This document shows positions 8,754 through 17,324 of a DNA stretch of 45,277 bases, one piece after another (within the stretch, counting starts at the first letter, position 1; each line of letters begins with the position of its first letter). The translations under genes and the position numbers were made by a program. The DNA lies in the IMG/VR virus record IMGVR_UViG_3300036773_000125, positions 1 to 45,277 of that record. One strand, 5' to 3'. This DNA is from a virus. Taxonomy: Duplodnaviria > Caudoviricetes. A model generated the notes under the pieces. The model saw only the letters and a list, made by a program, of their open reading frames with translations, ran no database searches and had not been told where the DNA came from.

Positions 8754-9229
8754 TCCGGGAACAGCTCCTGCGAGCCGTACTCGTCGGCGTACGGGATTCG
8801 CATGATCGACAGCGGGTAGCCGTCGCCCATGTAGACCACGTCGCGCGCGATGCAGTCCGGCCGCTTGATCTCCACGGACTGGAGCCCGCCCCGGCCCGCC
8901 TTCACGTGCGGGGCGAGCATCGCCAGCTCGGCATCGGAGAGCGCCAGCCCCACGGCCGCTTCCTTCGTCATCGACTCTGCGAGCGGGCCGACGTTGCGGG
9001 AGAGCAACCCCTTGGGGTTGTTGAACTTCCGGCCCGCCACCTCATAGATAACCGTCTGGGCGACGCGAGGCAGCTCCTCGACCGTCAGCCAGTCGTCATC
9101 GTGGTTGGTGGCGGACAGCACCATGCCCTCGGCGCTGTCCAGCGCGTAGGCCGCGCGCCGGATGTCCGCCGTCTCTGCTTCGAAGACACGGCCAAGCGAG
9201 TCTCCGAACACGTCGATATCGACCAGCAT
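8750..9229 (-). CDS. Head-to-tail adaptor
   Basis: ATG at 9229; EVAGRKFNNPKG...VGP and LSDAELAML motifs typical of actinophage adaptors; follows the capsid gene. Confidence 0.75.
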   Translation of the reverse strand: MLVDIDVFGDSLGRVFEAETADIRRAAYALDSAEGMVLSATNHDDDWLTVEELPRVAQTVIYEVAGRKFNNPKGLLSRNVGPLAESMTKEAAVGLALSDAELAMLAPHVKAGRGGLQSVEIKRPDCIARDVVYMGDGYPLSIMRIPYADEYGSQELFPE

Positions 9230-9248
9230 GACCGTGCCTCCTCTCGGA

Positions 9249-10181
9249 CTAGCTGGCGGACAGGGTGCCCCGGACCGCGCGCCGCATCGTCTTGGCGCCG
9301 GAGCGCGCGACGTCGGTGATCGCGTAGTCCTTGATCGAGGTGTGCCCGGTGAACACGTTGGTGATCGAGCGGTCGCGCTGGAAATCCGCGTCGTAGTCCA
9401 TGATCCAGCGCATGGCCAGACCCTGGTACGACTGCGAGCTGCCGAAGCTCGCGCCGCGCGGCACCTTGGGCGCGTGCATCGCGAACGCGAACGCGGTGCG
9501 GTGGAACCAGAACACCGCGTCGGACGGCACGGCCTGCGACTCGGTGACCGTCCAGCCCGCCAGCCGGGGCAGTGCGGCCTCGGCAAAGGCGGTCTCCGCG
9601 TGCGAGCCGGAGTCGTTGTAGTTCTTGACCCGGTCGCTCTTCAGCACCCACGACGCGACGTCGGTGCCCACCACGCAGAAACGGTCGTTCTGCGGGATGT
9701 TGTCCTCGTTGAGCGCCTGCTTGGCATCCACGAAGACGTCGTACGGGTCGGCCGCTTCGGCGAACGTCAGGTTGGTGCTGTACGTCGTGGCGACCATGTT
9801 CGCCGCGATGCCGTCTTCCAGACCCTCCGCGATCGCGCGGGTCTGGGGCAGCAGGATCTGCGTCGCGAAATCGCTGACGTCCAGTTCCATCTGCTCGTCG
9901 TCGATCGAGGTACCGTGGTAGACGTCGGTGGTCAGGGTCAGCGGAACGCTGCCCTCGGCCAGGTCATCCATCACGATCTGTCGCCCGGAGCCCTGGACGC
10001 GCAGCGCCTTGGTGCGCGCCTTCGCGACGGCCGGCACCTTGATGTTGACGGTGTCGTTCACGGCGCCGGCGAAGTTGTCGACAGCGTCGCGCCAGACGAC
10101 GTTCGGCAGGATGATGTCCCGCTGCAACAGGCCGAGGCCCGTCGCAGTCAGCTTGGTTGCCTTGACGGCGGTGAAAGCCAT
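9249..10181 (-). CDS. Major capsid protein (P22 coat-like family)
   Basis: 310 aa after the scaffold gene; DTVNIKVPA, FHRTAFA and LAMRWIMDYD motifs; strong codon bias. Confidence 0.88.
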   Translation of the reverse strand: MAFTAVKATKLTATGLGLLQRDIILPNVVWRDAVDNFAGAVNDTVNIKVPAVAKARTKALRVQGSGRQIVMDDLAEGSVPLTLTTDVYHGTSIDDEQMELDVSDFATQILLPQTRAIAEGLEDGIAANMVATTYSTNLTFAEAADPYDVFVDAKQALNEDNIPQNDRFCVVGTDVASWVLKSDRVKNYNDSGSHAETAFAEAALPRLAGWTVTESQAVPSDAVFWFHRTAFAFAMHAPKVPRGASFGSSQSYQGLAMRWIMDYDADFQRDRSITNVFTGHTSIKDYAITDVARSGAKTMRRAVRGTLSAS

Positions 10182-10286
10182 GGTGGCTACTTCCCTTCAC
10201 TCATAACGGGTACGGTGTACCGGGCGCGGCACGGCCTGCCCGTTTGTCTTGCCGGTGTTAGGAAACCCGCCACCCGGCAGCGGGAG

Positions 10287-10871
10287 CTAGCGTGCGTAAA
10301 TCGACTTCTTCAGCACCTCGTCGGCGAGCTTCTTCGGGTCCAGCGCTTCGCTGTCACCGTCGTTGTCGCCACCGCCCGGCTTGAGGTTGCCGTTCCCACC
10401 ACCGGCCGGCTTCTTCTTCAACCGGTCGGCCGGGCTGGCGAAGGTCTCCCGCAGATCGTCCGCGTCGGCCTCCAGCTCCTCTTTGGTGGCTCCGACGAGC
10501 CGCATGGCCTGCTTGGTGGTCAGACCCTTGTCGAGCGCGACCTCCAGCTTGAGCACCTTCAGCTCGGCCGCGGTCGCCTTCTCCGTCGCAGCAGCGTTGT
10601 CCTTGGTCAGCTTGTCCTCTTTGGACAGCTTCGCGTCTTCGATCTCCTGCAACTTCTTCGTTGCTTCGTCGCGGTCGGCAGCAGCCTTGGCCTTCTCCGC
10701 CTTGAGCGCGAGGAAGGCCTCCTTCGTGGGCACGAAGTCGTCGGACGCGGGCGGGTCCGTCTTCGGTGGCTCGGTCGCGGGCGGGGCTGGTGGCGCACCA
10801 CCACCGGTGACCGGCGGCGTGGCGCCCGGGTCGGCGTCGCGTGTGATTCGGGCCCAACGGTTCTTCTGCAT
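10287..10871 (-). CDS. Scaffolding protein
   Basis: ATG at 10871 with RBS GGGAG. Pro-rich N-terminus, coiled coil, LVGATKEELEADADDL motif, directly upstream of the capsid gene. Confidence 0.85.
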   Translation of the reverse strand: MQKNRWARITRDADPGATPPVTGGGAPPAPPATEPPKTDPPASDDFVPTKEAFLALKAEKAKAAADRDEATKKLQEIEDAKLSKEDKLTKDNAAATEKATAAELKVLKLEVALDKGLTTKQAMRLVGATKEELEADADDLRETFASPADRLKKKPAGGGNGNLKPGGGDNDGDSEALDPKKLADEVLKKSIYAR

Positions 10872-10926
10872 GTGCTCCCACTCCCACGGGGGTTGGTGTG
10901 GCCACCACGGGCGGCCGTTTCCGGGT

Positions 10927-11709
10927 TTAGTGCGTCGCGCCGACGTAAGCGCGGAACGCGGACAGCGCGGCCTTGCCGGACAGCCCGGCGGTCGCGTTGC
11001 CCCACGCGACGGACATCTCATTGTTCAGGTCCGGCAGCCCCTGATCACCGGCGAACACCGGCACCGCGAAGCATCGGCATTCGTCGTGATAGGTCTCGCC
11101 GAGCCCGCGCGGGCCGCGCGGTCGCCCACGCCGGCCGCCGGTGATCTGTGCGGCATCCTTCTGCGAGTGGTAGACCGCACCGCGGCTAGCCATCGCGAGG
11201 CAGAAGCCGCACGCCTTGGGCCGGGTGACCCGAGCCCAGCCGATGGCCGCGCTGTCATCCTTCGTGGCCTCCAGCACGGCCTCGCGGCCGGCGTCCATCG
11301 TCTGCTTGGTCACCACTCCGGACAGCAGCGGGATGGCCTCGCGGTGCGCCTGCTCGGGTGCGTAGCCCTGCTTGAGCAGCTGCCGCATCCGACCGGGGCC
11401 GGTGGCAGTGATCGAGGCCAGCATCTTCGCGTCCGGCGCGAACGCGACGCGCGGCAGGTCGAACGGCACCAGGTGGTGCGTCTGCTGCCGCCGGAGGACG
11501 TTGTACCCGCTGGCCGCCACCGCGACCGACTCGCGCCGGTACCGCTCGACCAGCCGTGCCATCTGGACCAGCCAGCCCGAGAACGAGCTAAATGGCGTCA
11601 GCGGGCTGACCAGCACCCACAGCCCGAGCGCGTCCTTGACCGCATTGGCCGCAACGTGCAGCTGCGCGGACCGCATCTGCTGGGCCGCCAGCGCGCCGCT
11701 AGCCGGCAT
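10927..11709 (-). CDS. MuF-like minor capsid / capsid maturation protein
   Basis: GWARV...ACGFCLAMASRGAVY...YHDECRC motif; between portal and scaffold. Confidence 0.8.
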   Translation of the reverse strand: MPASGALAAQQMRSAQLHVAANAVKDALGLWVLVSPLTPFSSFSGWLVQMARLVERYRRESVAVAASGYNVLRRQQTHHLVPFDLPRVAFAPDAKMLASITATGPGRMRQLLKQGYAPEQAHREAIPLLSGVVTKQTMDAGREAVLEATKDDSAAIGWARVTRPKACGFCLAMASRGAVYHSQKDAAQITGGRRGRPRGPRGLGETYHDECRCFAVPVFAGDQGLPDLNNEMSVAWGNATAGLSGKAALSAFRAYVGATH

Positions 11710-13075
11710 TCGGCACCGCCTGCGGCCCGTTCAGCCCCCGAGCCTGCTCATCGAGCTGAGCGAGCGTCTGGGCCATCGGATCGGCCGCCACCTGTTCCTT
11801 GCGCAGCAGCCGGGCGTAGTCGCCTTCCTGCTTCGTCCAGCCCGGAATTCGGTGCCAGAGCGCTTCGCCCGGGATCCCGAGGTCGCTGCCGGAAGACAGC
11901 TTCTGGAGCGCGTCCGCCGCCTGCGCGAGCGAGCGCGAGCCGATGTCCGACCACGCGACCTCGGCATCGTCACGGCCGCCCAGCGGCGTGTCGCCCGCGA
12001 TCGCGCCCGCGAGGTCCAGGTGCTGCTCGGCCTGCTCGCCGAACGCGTGCTGGTAGGCCAGTTTCTTGTTCTGCTCGCCGGTCTCCGCCGCGCTGATCGC
12101 GTCTGCGGCCAGGTTGACCATGTTCACAACCAGGTGGTGCGGCGCCGTGCGCGAGGTCATCGCGAAGTGCTGAATGGCGTCGCGCAGGCTATTCAGGTAC
12201 GGGTCGAGTGGCGTGGGGTCGAACTGCCAGCCCTTCATGTCCGGGTCGCCGGACGTGAGCAGGCGGTTGATCGCGAGCTCGATCGGGACCGGCTTGCCCG
12301 TCTTCGGGTCGGTCGGCTGCTCCATGCCGGAGATGCCTCGCACCAGGAACGCGCCGTACGTCTGCGCGATCAGCAGGTCGAACGACGTCTGGTTGATCCG
12401 GTCCTGGATTCGCCGAGCCGGCCACACATCGCCCAAACAGGCGCCGTCCAGGTCCATCGACGGCGCGTAGCGCACCACCGGGCACACACCGACGTTGTGC
12501 GTCTTGACGTCCAAAATGGACAGCTGGTGCTGATTCGGCGCGAAACCGATCTTGATTTCGTCCTGGTCATCGACGATCCCCACGACGTCGCCGGCAGGGT
12601 TGGTGCGCAGCAGGAACTGCGGCCACTCGTCTTCCACCGGGTCGTCGTAGAGCGCGAACGCGCGTCGCGCCGACACACCGCGCATGACCGGCCCGGCCGC
12701 ACCCGGGAACGCGGTGCCGTAGGCGTAGCCGTCCCGGATCGCGGCGTAGAACAGCTGACCCTGTCGGCTGTCGAACTTGTTGGCCTGCCAGTAGTTCCAG
12801 GTCGCGTCGCTCTCCGCGGAGTCCGCCGTGCGGTAGTCCTCGATGTACAGCTGATCGGTGATCGACTGGAGCATCATCCGGATGACGTTGGTCTCCGCGC
12901 GCTCGGCCAGCAGCTTGTACTCGTCGGTAGCTTTCTCCGGCCGGTACGGGCCCGGCTGTGGCCCGCGCTCGTACGTCCGGATCTCGTTCAGGCGCGCGTG
13001 CTCGTGATCGCGGTGGTCCTCCGTGCGCTTGATGATGTCGATGATTTTCTCGATCGTCAGCGTGTCGTGCGCCAC
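11699..13075 (-). CDS. Portal protein (SPP1 gp6-like)
   Basis: 458 aa after TerL; WQANKFD, CPVVRY and QDRINQT motifs. Confidence 0.9.
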   Translation of the reverse strand: MAHDTLTIEKIIDIIKRTEDHRDHEHARLNEIRTYERGPQPGPYRPEKATDEYKLLAERAETNVIRMMLQSITDQLYIEDYRTADSAESDATWNYWQANKFDSRQGQLFYAAIRDGYAYGTAFPGAAGPVMRGVSARRAFALYDDPVEDEWPQFLLRTNPAGDVVGIVDDQDEIKIGFAPNQHQLSILDVKTHNVGVCPVVRYAPSMDLDGACLGDVWPARRIQDRINQTSFDLLIAQTYGAFLVRGISGMEQPTDPKTGKPVPIELAINRLLTSGDPDMKGWQFDPTPLDPYLNSLRDAIQHFAMTSRTAPHHLVVNMVNLAADAISAAETGEQNKKLAYQHAFGEQAEQHLDLAGAIAGDTPLGGRDDAEVAWSDIGSRSLAQAADALQKLSSGSDLGIPGEALWHRIPGWTKQEGDYARLLRKEQVAADPMAQTLAQLDEQARGLNGPQAVPNAG

Positions 13076-13088
13076 CGGGTCACCCTCC

Positions 13089-14843
13089 TCATTGGACGAA
13101 GACCTTGCCGGTCCGCCGTTTCTTGATCTTGCCGCTGCGGATCGCGTCCGTGCGGGCCAGCCGCGCGATCACCATCGTCACCGCGAGGTCGACCAGTTCC
13201 TTGCTGTCGCGTGTGCGCTTGCCCAGCGAGTAGCCCCACTGATTGGTGCGCCGGTGCGCCTTGAAGACGTGCAGCTGGAGCGCGGGATCGCCGTCGTGGG
13301 TCAGGCTCTGGTCCTCGTCGACCGCGACCACGGTGGCCATGGCCTCTTCGGTGAACCGGCGGTTGCGGTCCAGACCACCGGGGGTGGACAACCGCATATC
13401 GAACTCACAGGCGTTGCGCCCGCTCGCCTTCACCGCGTAGCCGGCCGCGAAGTCCCGGTGCCACGCGTCGAACAGCGCTTTCCAGTACGACTTCTCCGTC
13501 TCGTCTTCGCGCGTCGGTGAGGGGTCGCCGTAGAACGCCACCACGTGGTAGTTCGCATGCACCCATCGCACCTTGGCGTCGACCTCGTTGCGGGGCACCA
13601 GCCACTCGCGCTTGTTCCGGCCCTTCGTAGGCCAGCCCTTCGGCCGCGCCCACACGCCGAACGTGATCACGTGGCCATCGCTGATGCGCACGCCTACGAG
13701 TCCGGTCGCGTCCTCGTTCTTCGAACAGTCCAGGCCGAGCGCGATCATCTCGCCGTCCGCCACGATGTCGAGCGGGCGCGCACAGGCCGCCCACGCGCGC
13801 GGGTCCACCCATCCGGTCTCGTTCGCCGCGGTCGCGTTGAAGTAGTACCGGATGGCGTCCGCCACGGTGGTGTCCGTGTCGTAGATGTCTGCCTCGATGC
13901 GCTCGGGATCGACCCACGGCGCGTCGGCGTAGGCCGCCGCGATGCCCGCGCGGACGTCGGTCGGCTCGTGCAGGCTCAGGTAGCCCGGGGCCTCGCACGA
14001 GTCGTAGAGGATGTCCAGCGCCGGCGTGTTGCCCATGACCTGGTTCTGCCAGGCGTTGAACGTGTCCTCCGCGACGCTGTCGCCGGCTTCCTCGTGCGCG
14101 TTCGTGTACTCCACGATGCGTGCCTGGCCGCCGGGCGATTTCGCGACATTTCGACGACAAACAGCCGCCATTCCCTTGCCACCGCTGGACGTGGTCGCGT
14201 GGTGGGGCTCGTCGAACACGATCGCGGTGGACGGGTCACCCTCGGCCGACTTCACCGACTGCGTGAGCACCTGGAGGCGCCCGCCGCTCTTGGTCGCGCT
14301 GCCGTTCTTGCCGGCCTCGAAACCCACGGCGGCCTTGAGCCGCTTGCTCACCATCGCGTTCGCGACGTTGAGCACGTCCTTGGCCTGGTCCTCCGAGTTC
14401 GCCGCGATCTGCACGAGCGGCAGCCGGTGCGGCCGGCCGATCGGGTTGCCGGCCTCGTCGAAGTGGTCGAACACCACCGGGCCGAACATCTCGATGTTGC
14501 ACGTGGCTGCCGCGAGCGGGCTCTTGCCGACGCCCTTGGCACGGCGGTTCACGCCGCGGCGGTACAGCCACTTACCATTCGGCTTGATCGCGTACCAGAG
14601 CACGAGCCAGCGTTTCTGCGCTTTGGTGAACCGCCAGGGCTCGCCGGTGACGTGGTGCACGAGCCACTGTTCGGCCCACTCGATCAGGTCCCAGCCGAGC
14701 GACGGCGGCAGGTCGGCGAGGTCATCTGGCCAAGGCAGCGAGCGCCACGAGCCGGAGACGAAGTCACGCCAGTAGCCTGCGGGCGGCGTGACGGCGAAGA
14801 ACCGGGGGTCGAGCTTGGGCTTGACGAGTGGGTTGGCGAGCAC
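13089..14843 (-). CDS. terL: Terminase large subunit
   Basis: Walker A RAKGVGKS, VQIAANSEDQA, Walker B IVFDEPH, nuclease LGLDCSKNEDATG. GTG at 14843 with GGAGG is preferred over 14966. Confidence 0.93.
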   Translation of the reverse strand: MLANPLVKPKLDPRFFAVTPPAGYWRDFVSGSWRSLPWPDDLADLPPSLGWDLIEWAEQWLVHHVTGEPWRFTKAQKRWLVLWYAIKPNGKWLYRRGVNRRAKGVGKSPLAAATCNIEMFGPVVFDHFDEAGNPIGRPHRLPLVQIAANSEDQAKDVLNVANAMVSKRLKAAVGFEAGKNGSATKSGGRLQVLTQSVKSAEGDPSTAIVFDEPHHATTSSGGKGMAAVCRRNVAKSPGGQARIVEYTNAHEEAGDSVAEDTFNAWQNQVMGNTPALDILYDSCEAPGYLSLHEPTDVRAGIAAAYADAPWVDPERIEADIYDTDTTVADAIRYYFNATAANETGWVDPRAWAACARPLDIVADGEMIALGLDCSKNEDATGLVGVRISDGHVITFGVWARPKGWPTKGRNKREWLVPRNEVDAKVRWVHANYHVVAFYGDPSPTREDETEKSYWKALFDAWHRDFAAGYAVKASGRNACEFDMRLSTPGGLDRNRRFTEEAMATVVAVDEDQSLTHDGDPALQLHVFKAHRRTNQWGYSLGKRTRDSKELVDLAVTMVIARLARTDAIRSGKIKKRRTGKVFVQ

Positions 14844-14990
14844 GGCCCGACCTCCCTGGTCGGGCGCGGCACGGCCGCGCGTCATGAATTTGTCGCGTTT
14901 TTGACAGAGCCGACACGCGGAAGGGGGCACCCGGGGGGTTGGGTGTTCCGCGTGCCGGCCGCTCACCCGGGTCGCCGCGATCCGGGGAGA

Positions 14991-15158
14991 TCAAGGTTCG
15001 ACCGTGGGCCAGCCGATCAAGCTCCACACCGAGACCGGCTCGCCGTCGCCCCACCGCCGACGGGCGCGGATGCGCGCGGCCGGGCGGCTGACGTAGCGGT
15101 CGGTGATGCCCAGCCACTGGCGGAAGGTCCGGCGGCCGACCGCGGCGTGCCGGCTCAC
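14991..15158 (-). CDS. Hypothetical protein (55 aa)
   Basis: GTG start overlaps the upstream stop (GTGA coupling). Confidence 0.5.
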   Translation of the reverse strand: MSRHAAVGRRTFRQWLGITDRYVSRPAARIRARRRWGDGEPVSVWSLIGWPTVEP

Positions 15159-15448
15159 AGCTCGAACCCCTTGAGCCCGCGGTACTGCTCCGGCACGTGC
15201 GCGCTGCACACGAGGTCCGACCAGCCGCCGGGGACGGGCACGGCGTGGGTAGCCGGCTGGGCACAGCCGTCCGCCGTGCAGTACGGCAAGTCGATCTCCG
15301 GGCCCAGATCGGCGTTCAGCGCATCCACCACGGTCTGGGCGAGGCCGGGTTTGATCGTGAAGAGCACCAGCACGTCATCGTTCGACGGCTCGCTGCCCTG
15401 CTGGCTGTAGACGAGCTGCTTGTTGTGGCGCCCGAGTCGGTACCTCAT
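15155..15448 (-). CDS. Hypothetical protein with Cys/His motif (97 aa)
   Basis: ATGA coupling; MRYRLGRHN...CTADGC...CSAH. Confidence 0.65.
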   Translation of the reverse strand: MRYRLGRHNKQLVYSQQGSEPSNDDVLVLFTIKPGLAQTVVDALNADLGPEIDLPYCTADGCAQPATHAVPVPGGWSDLVCSAHVPEQYRGLKGFEL

Positions 15449-15645
15449 CGGCCGTCCCACCCACGGGAGGCCAGCCACTGCCGATCTTCCGGCGTCAGCG
15501 TGGCGAGTCGGTCAAGACGCTCGTTGAATCGCCGGTGGTAGTGCTCGCACCAGTCCTTGTCGGCCGGAAGCGAGCAGAACGCGGCAACAACCAGTGGCGC
15601 GAAGAGCGTCACGCTGATCAAGGCGATCACTGCTAGCGGAGTCAT
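15445..15645 (-). CDS. Small membrane protein (66 aa)
   Basis: Hydrophobic N-terminus MTPLAVIALISVTLFAPLVVAAF; ATG lies 7 nt after a -10 box, so probably leaderless. Confidence 0.6.
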   Translation of the reverse strand: MTPLAVIALISVTLFAPLVVAAFCSLPADKDWCEHYHRRFNERLDRLATLTPEDRQWLASRGWDGR

Positions 15646-15652
15646 GCCAAGG

Positions 15653-15682
15653 ACCGTACGCCCTGCTGACCACAAGTGTCAA
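15653..15682 (-). promoter_or_regulatory. SigA-like promoter (TTGACA-N18-TACGGT) with conserved TTGACACTTGTGG
   Basis: Minus strand reads TTGACActtgtggtcagcagggcgTACGGTccttggcATG. Confidence 0.65.
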
Positions 15683-15870
15683 GCAGAGGGCAGTTCTTCT
15701 GCCTCGTAATTCAGCAACGCGGTTTCAAGATCGTCGAGCGCACCCGCGGCGGCCTCTACCGCCGACGCGTTGTCCCACTGCGAAGCGTCGTTCTCCAGGT
15801 CATGCACGTCGCCCCATGCCGCGTTGGTTGCGCGCTTGTGCTCAGCGAAATCCCTGTTGGCCGGGATCAC
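15679..15870 (-). CDS. Hypothetical protein (63 aa)
   Basis: Acidic helical ORF coupled to the TerS stop. Confidence 0.55.
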   Translation of the reverse strand: MIPANRDFAEHKRATNAAWGDVHDLENDASQWDNASAVEAAAGALDDLETALLNYEAEELPSA

Positions 15871-16361
15871 AGCCCGCTCGCCTTCGCGCGGTCAATCGGC
15901 GCGACCGCGGCCAGCGGGGCGACCGTGTCCTTGTGGCGCTGGACTTCGATCTTGAGGCGCCGGCGGGCTGACTCGAACACCATCAGCTCACCGAGCGCGG
16001 AGCGCATCTCGGCCGCCTTCATCGACGACAGCGCACCGTTGTGGTTGAGCATGTCGCGGATGCAGCCGTCCACCACCATCAGCTCAGCACGCGCGGCCGA
16101 CCAGTCGGCCATCGTGTAGTACTCGTGGAACCCGCTGACAGCCATCGAATCCCACAGGTCCCGCGTGACGATGCTGGGCACCCACGGGGAGCCGTCATCG
16201 AAATCGGGAAACACGAGTTCGGGCTGGTCCACCGGGCCGGCCTCGGGCTTATCGACGGTTCCGTGGTGATCGAGAACGCTCTGCGCTGCTTTCGCGTGGC
16301 CGAGCTTCTGTTCGCTGCGCTTACGGTTCGAGCCGCCTGAGCGGCCGGGGACTCCAGGCAC
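15867..16361 (-). CDS. terS: Terminase small subunit
   Basis: MPGVPGRSGGSNRKRSEQKLGH...WDSMAVSG...YTMADW...RRRLKIE resembles actinophage TerS; first gene after the putative cos region. Start could be 16400. Confidence 0.75.
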   Translation of the reverse strand: MPGVPGRSGGSNRKRSEQKLGHAKAAQSVLDHHGTVDKPEAGPVDQPELVFPDFDDGSPWVPSIVTRDLWDSMAVSGFHEYYTMADWSAARAELMVVDGCIRDMLNHNGALSSMKAAEMRSALGELMVFESARRRLKIEVQRHKDTVAPLAAVAPIDRAKASGL

Positions 16362-16400
16362 GGCCTGAGCTCCGTCCTGCACTCCGTTCAAGATCGTCAC

Positions 16401-16542
16401 AGACGGTCATTTGGGGAGCGCGTTTCGTGACCCTATGCACACCGACAGTGAACAACTTCGCGAGGGGGTACCCCCCACCCTGCGGAGGATACCACAGCGC
16501 GACTGCGGCTGCTACAAGTGTCTGCGGTTGGTTTCTTCTGTC
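16401..16542. other. Putative cos/packaging-end region
   Basis: Non-coding gap between the HNH/SAP genes and TerS containing the palindrome GGGGGTACCCCC near 16464-16475. An HNH-cos-TerS layout is typical of cos phages. Confidence 0.45.
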
Positions 16543-17004
16543 CTACGCGGTTTCTGCGTCGTGAATGCGGGCCTGAAGGTCCGCCTTAGTGCCACTTGTC
16601 GGCAGGTCCATGGACTCGGCCAGGCTCTTCAGCTCGCGCAGTGTGAGGCCATCGAGATGATCGCCTTCGTCACTGTGCGTGTCCTCGAAAGGGTTGCTCT
16701 GTGTGACCGATACACCGAAGCCTGAGCCCTCGACGACCACGGGCTCAGCATCGTCAGGCAAGGCAACGCTGCCCTTGCCGCTGTGCCTGTCCGCACGCTG
16801 GGCCACGTCCACCTCAGCGGTGTGCCCCTCGGCGTCCACGCTGGGCAGCAGGCCCGTCTCGTCACTGGGGTCCAGCACCACGCTGCCGTCCACCTCATCC
16901 GTGACGTAGCCCTGGCTGAACAGGAACTCCGCGTCCCCGTCACTCAGCTCGGCCACGTCGTCGACGTCGTGGCCTCCGATGTTCTGGAGAAAGCGCACCT
17001 TCAT
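16543..17004 (-). CDS. SAP/HeH-domain protein with N-terminus resembling the ribosomal L9 N-domain
   Basis: C-terminus LDGLTLRELKSLAESMDLPTSGTKADLQARI matches the SAP consensus; N-terminus MKVRFLQNIGGHDVDDVAELSDGDAEFL. Confidence 0.65.
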   Translation of the reverse strand: MKVRFLQNIGGHDVDDVAELSDGDAEFLFSQGYVTDEVDGSVVLDPSDETGLLPSVDAEGHTAEVDVAQRADRHSGKGSVALPDDAEPVVVEGSGFGVSVTQSNPFEDTHSDEGDHLDGLTLRELKSLAESMDLPTSGTKADLQARIHDAETA

Positions 17005-17006
17005 GA

Positions 17007-17324
17007 TCAGTAGTCCTTCCGTGCCCGTGTGCCGGGGTGCTGTGCCTGTGGTCGCCTGGCCATACCCTGCCGCAGCTTCCGGCCCTCGGCGGCCTCGGCG
17101 GCTGTCTTGCGCGTGTGGTGCTGCTCGCAGATGTCTTGGAGGTTGGCCAGCTCGTCACCGCCACCGCGGCTCTGGGGCACGATGTGGTCCACCGCGTGAG
17201 CGTGGCGGGTGCAGCGGGCGCCGTTCTCGATGACCTCGCACGCGCCACCGGAGCGGCGGCGCACGAGCACCCGGTTGCGGTGGTAATCCCGGCTGTAGAG
17301 CCGCCGTCCCGCCCAGCCGGGCAT
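17007..17324 (-). CDS. HNH endonuclease (terminase-associated type)
   Basis: C...C...VDHIVPQSRGGGDELANLQDICEQHHTRKT; ATG at 17324 coupled to the upstream stop. Confidence 0.9.
   Translation of the reverse strand: MPGWAGRRLYSRDYHRNRVLVRRRSGGACEVIENGARCTRHAHAVDHIVPQSRGGGDELANLQDICEQHHTRKTAAEAAEGRKLRQGMARRPQAQHPGTRARKDY

Noticed and set aside
4156-14775. Long plus-strand ORFs opposite the structural genes (e.g. 4156..5841, 9162..11144, 11372..13126)
   Set aside because: These are antisense shadow ORFs expected in high-GC DNA, with no recognisable motifs.
14844-14966. Longer TerL start at 14966
   Set aside because: The extension looks non-coding, and the GTG at 14843 has a clear GGAGG RBS.
17007-17324. 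HNH as a homing endonuclease or intron-encoded protein
   Set aside because: It is small, free-standing and next to the putative cos and terS, with no interrupted gene; it fits the packaging-associated type.
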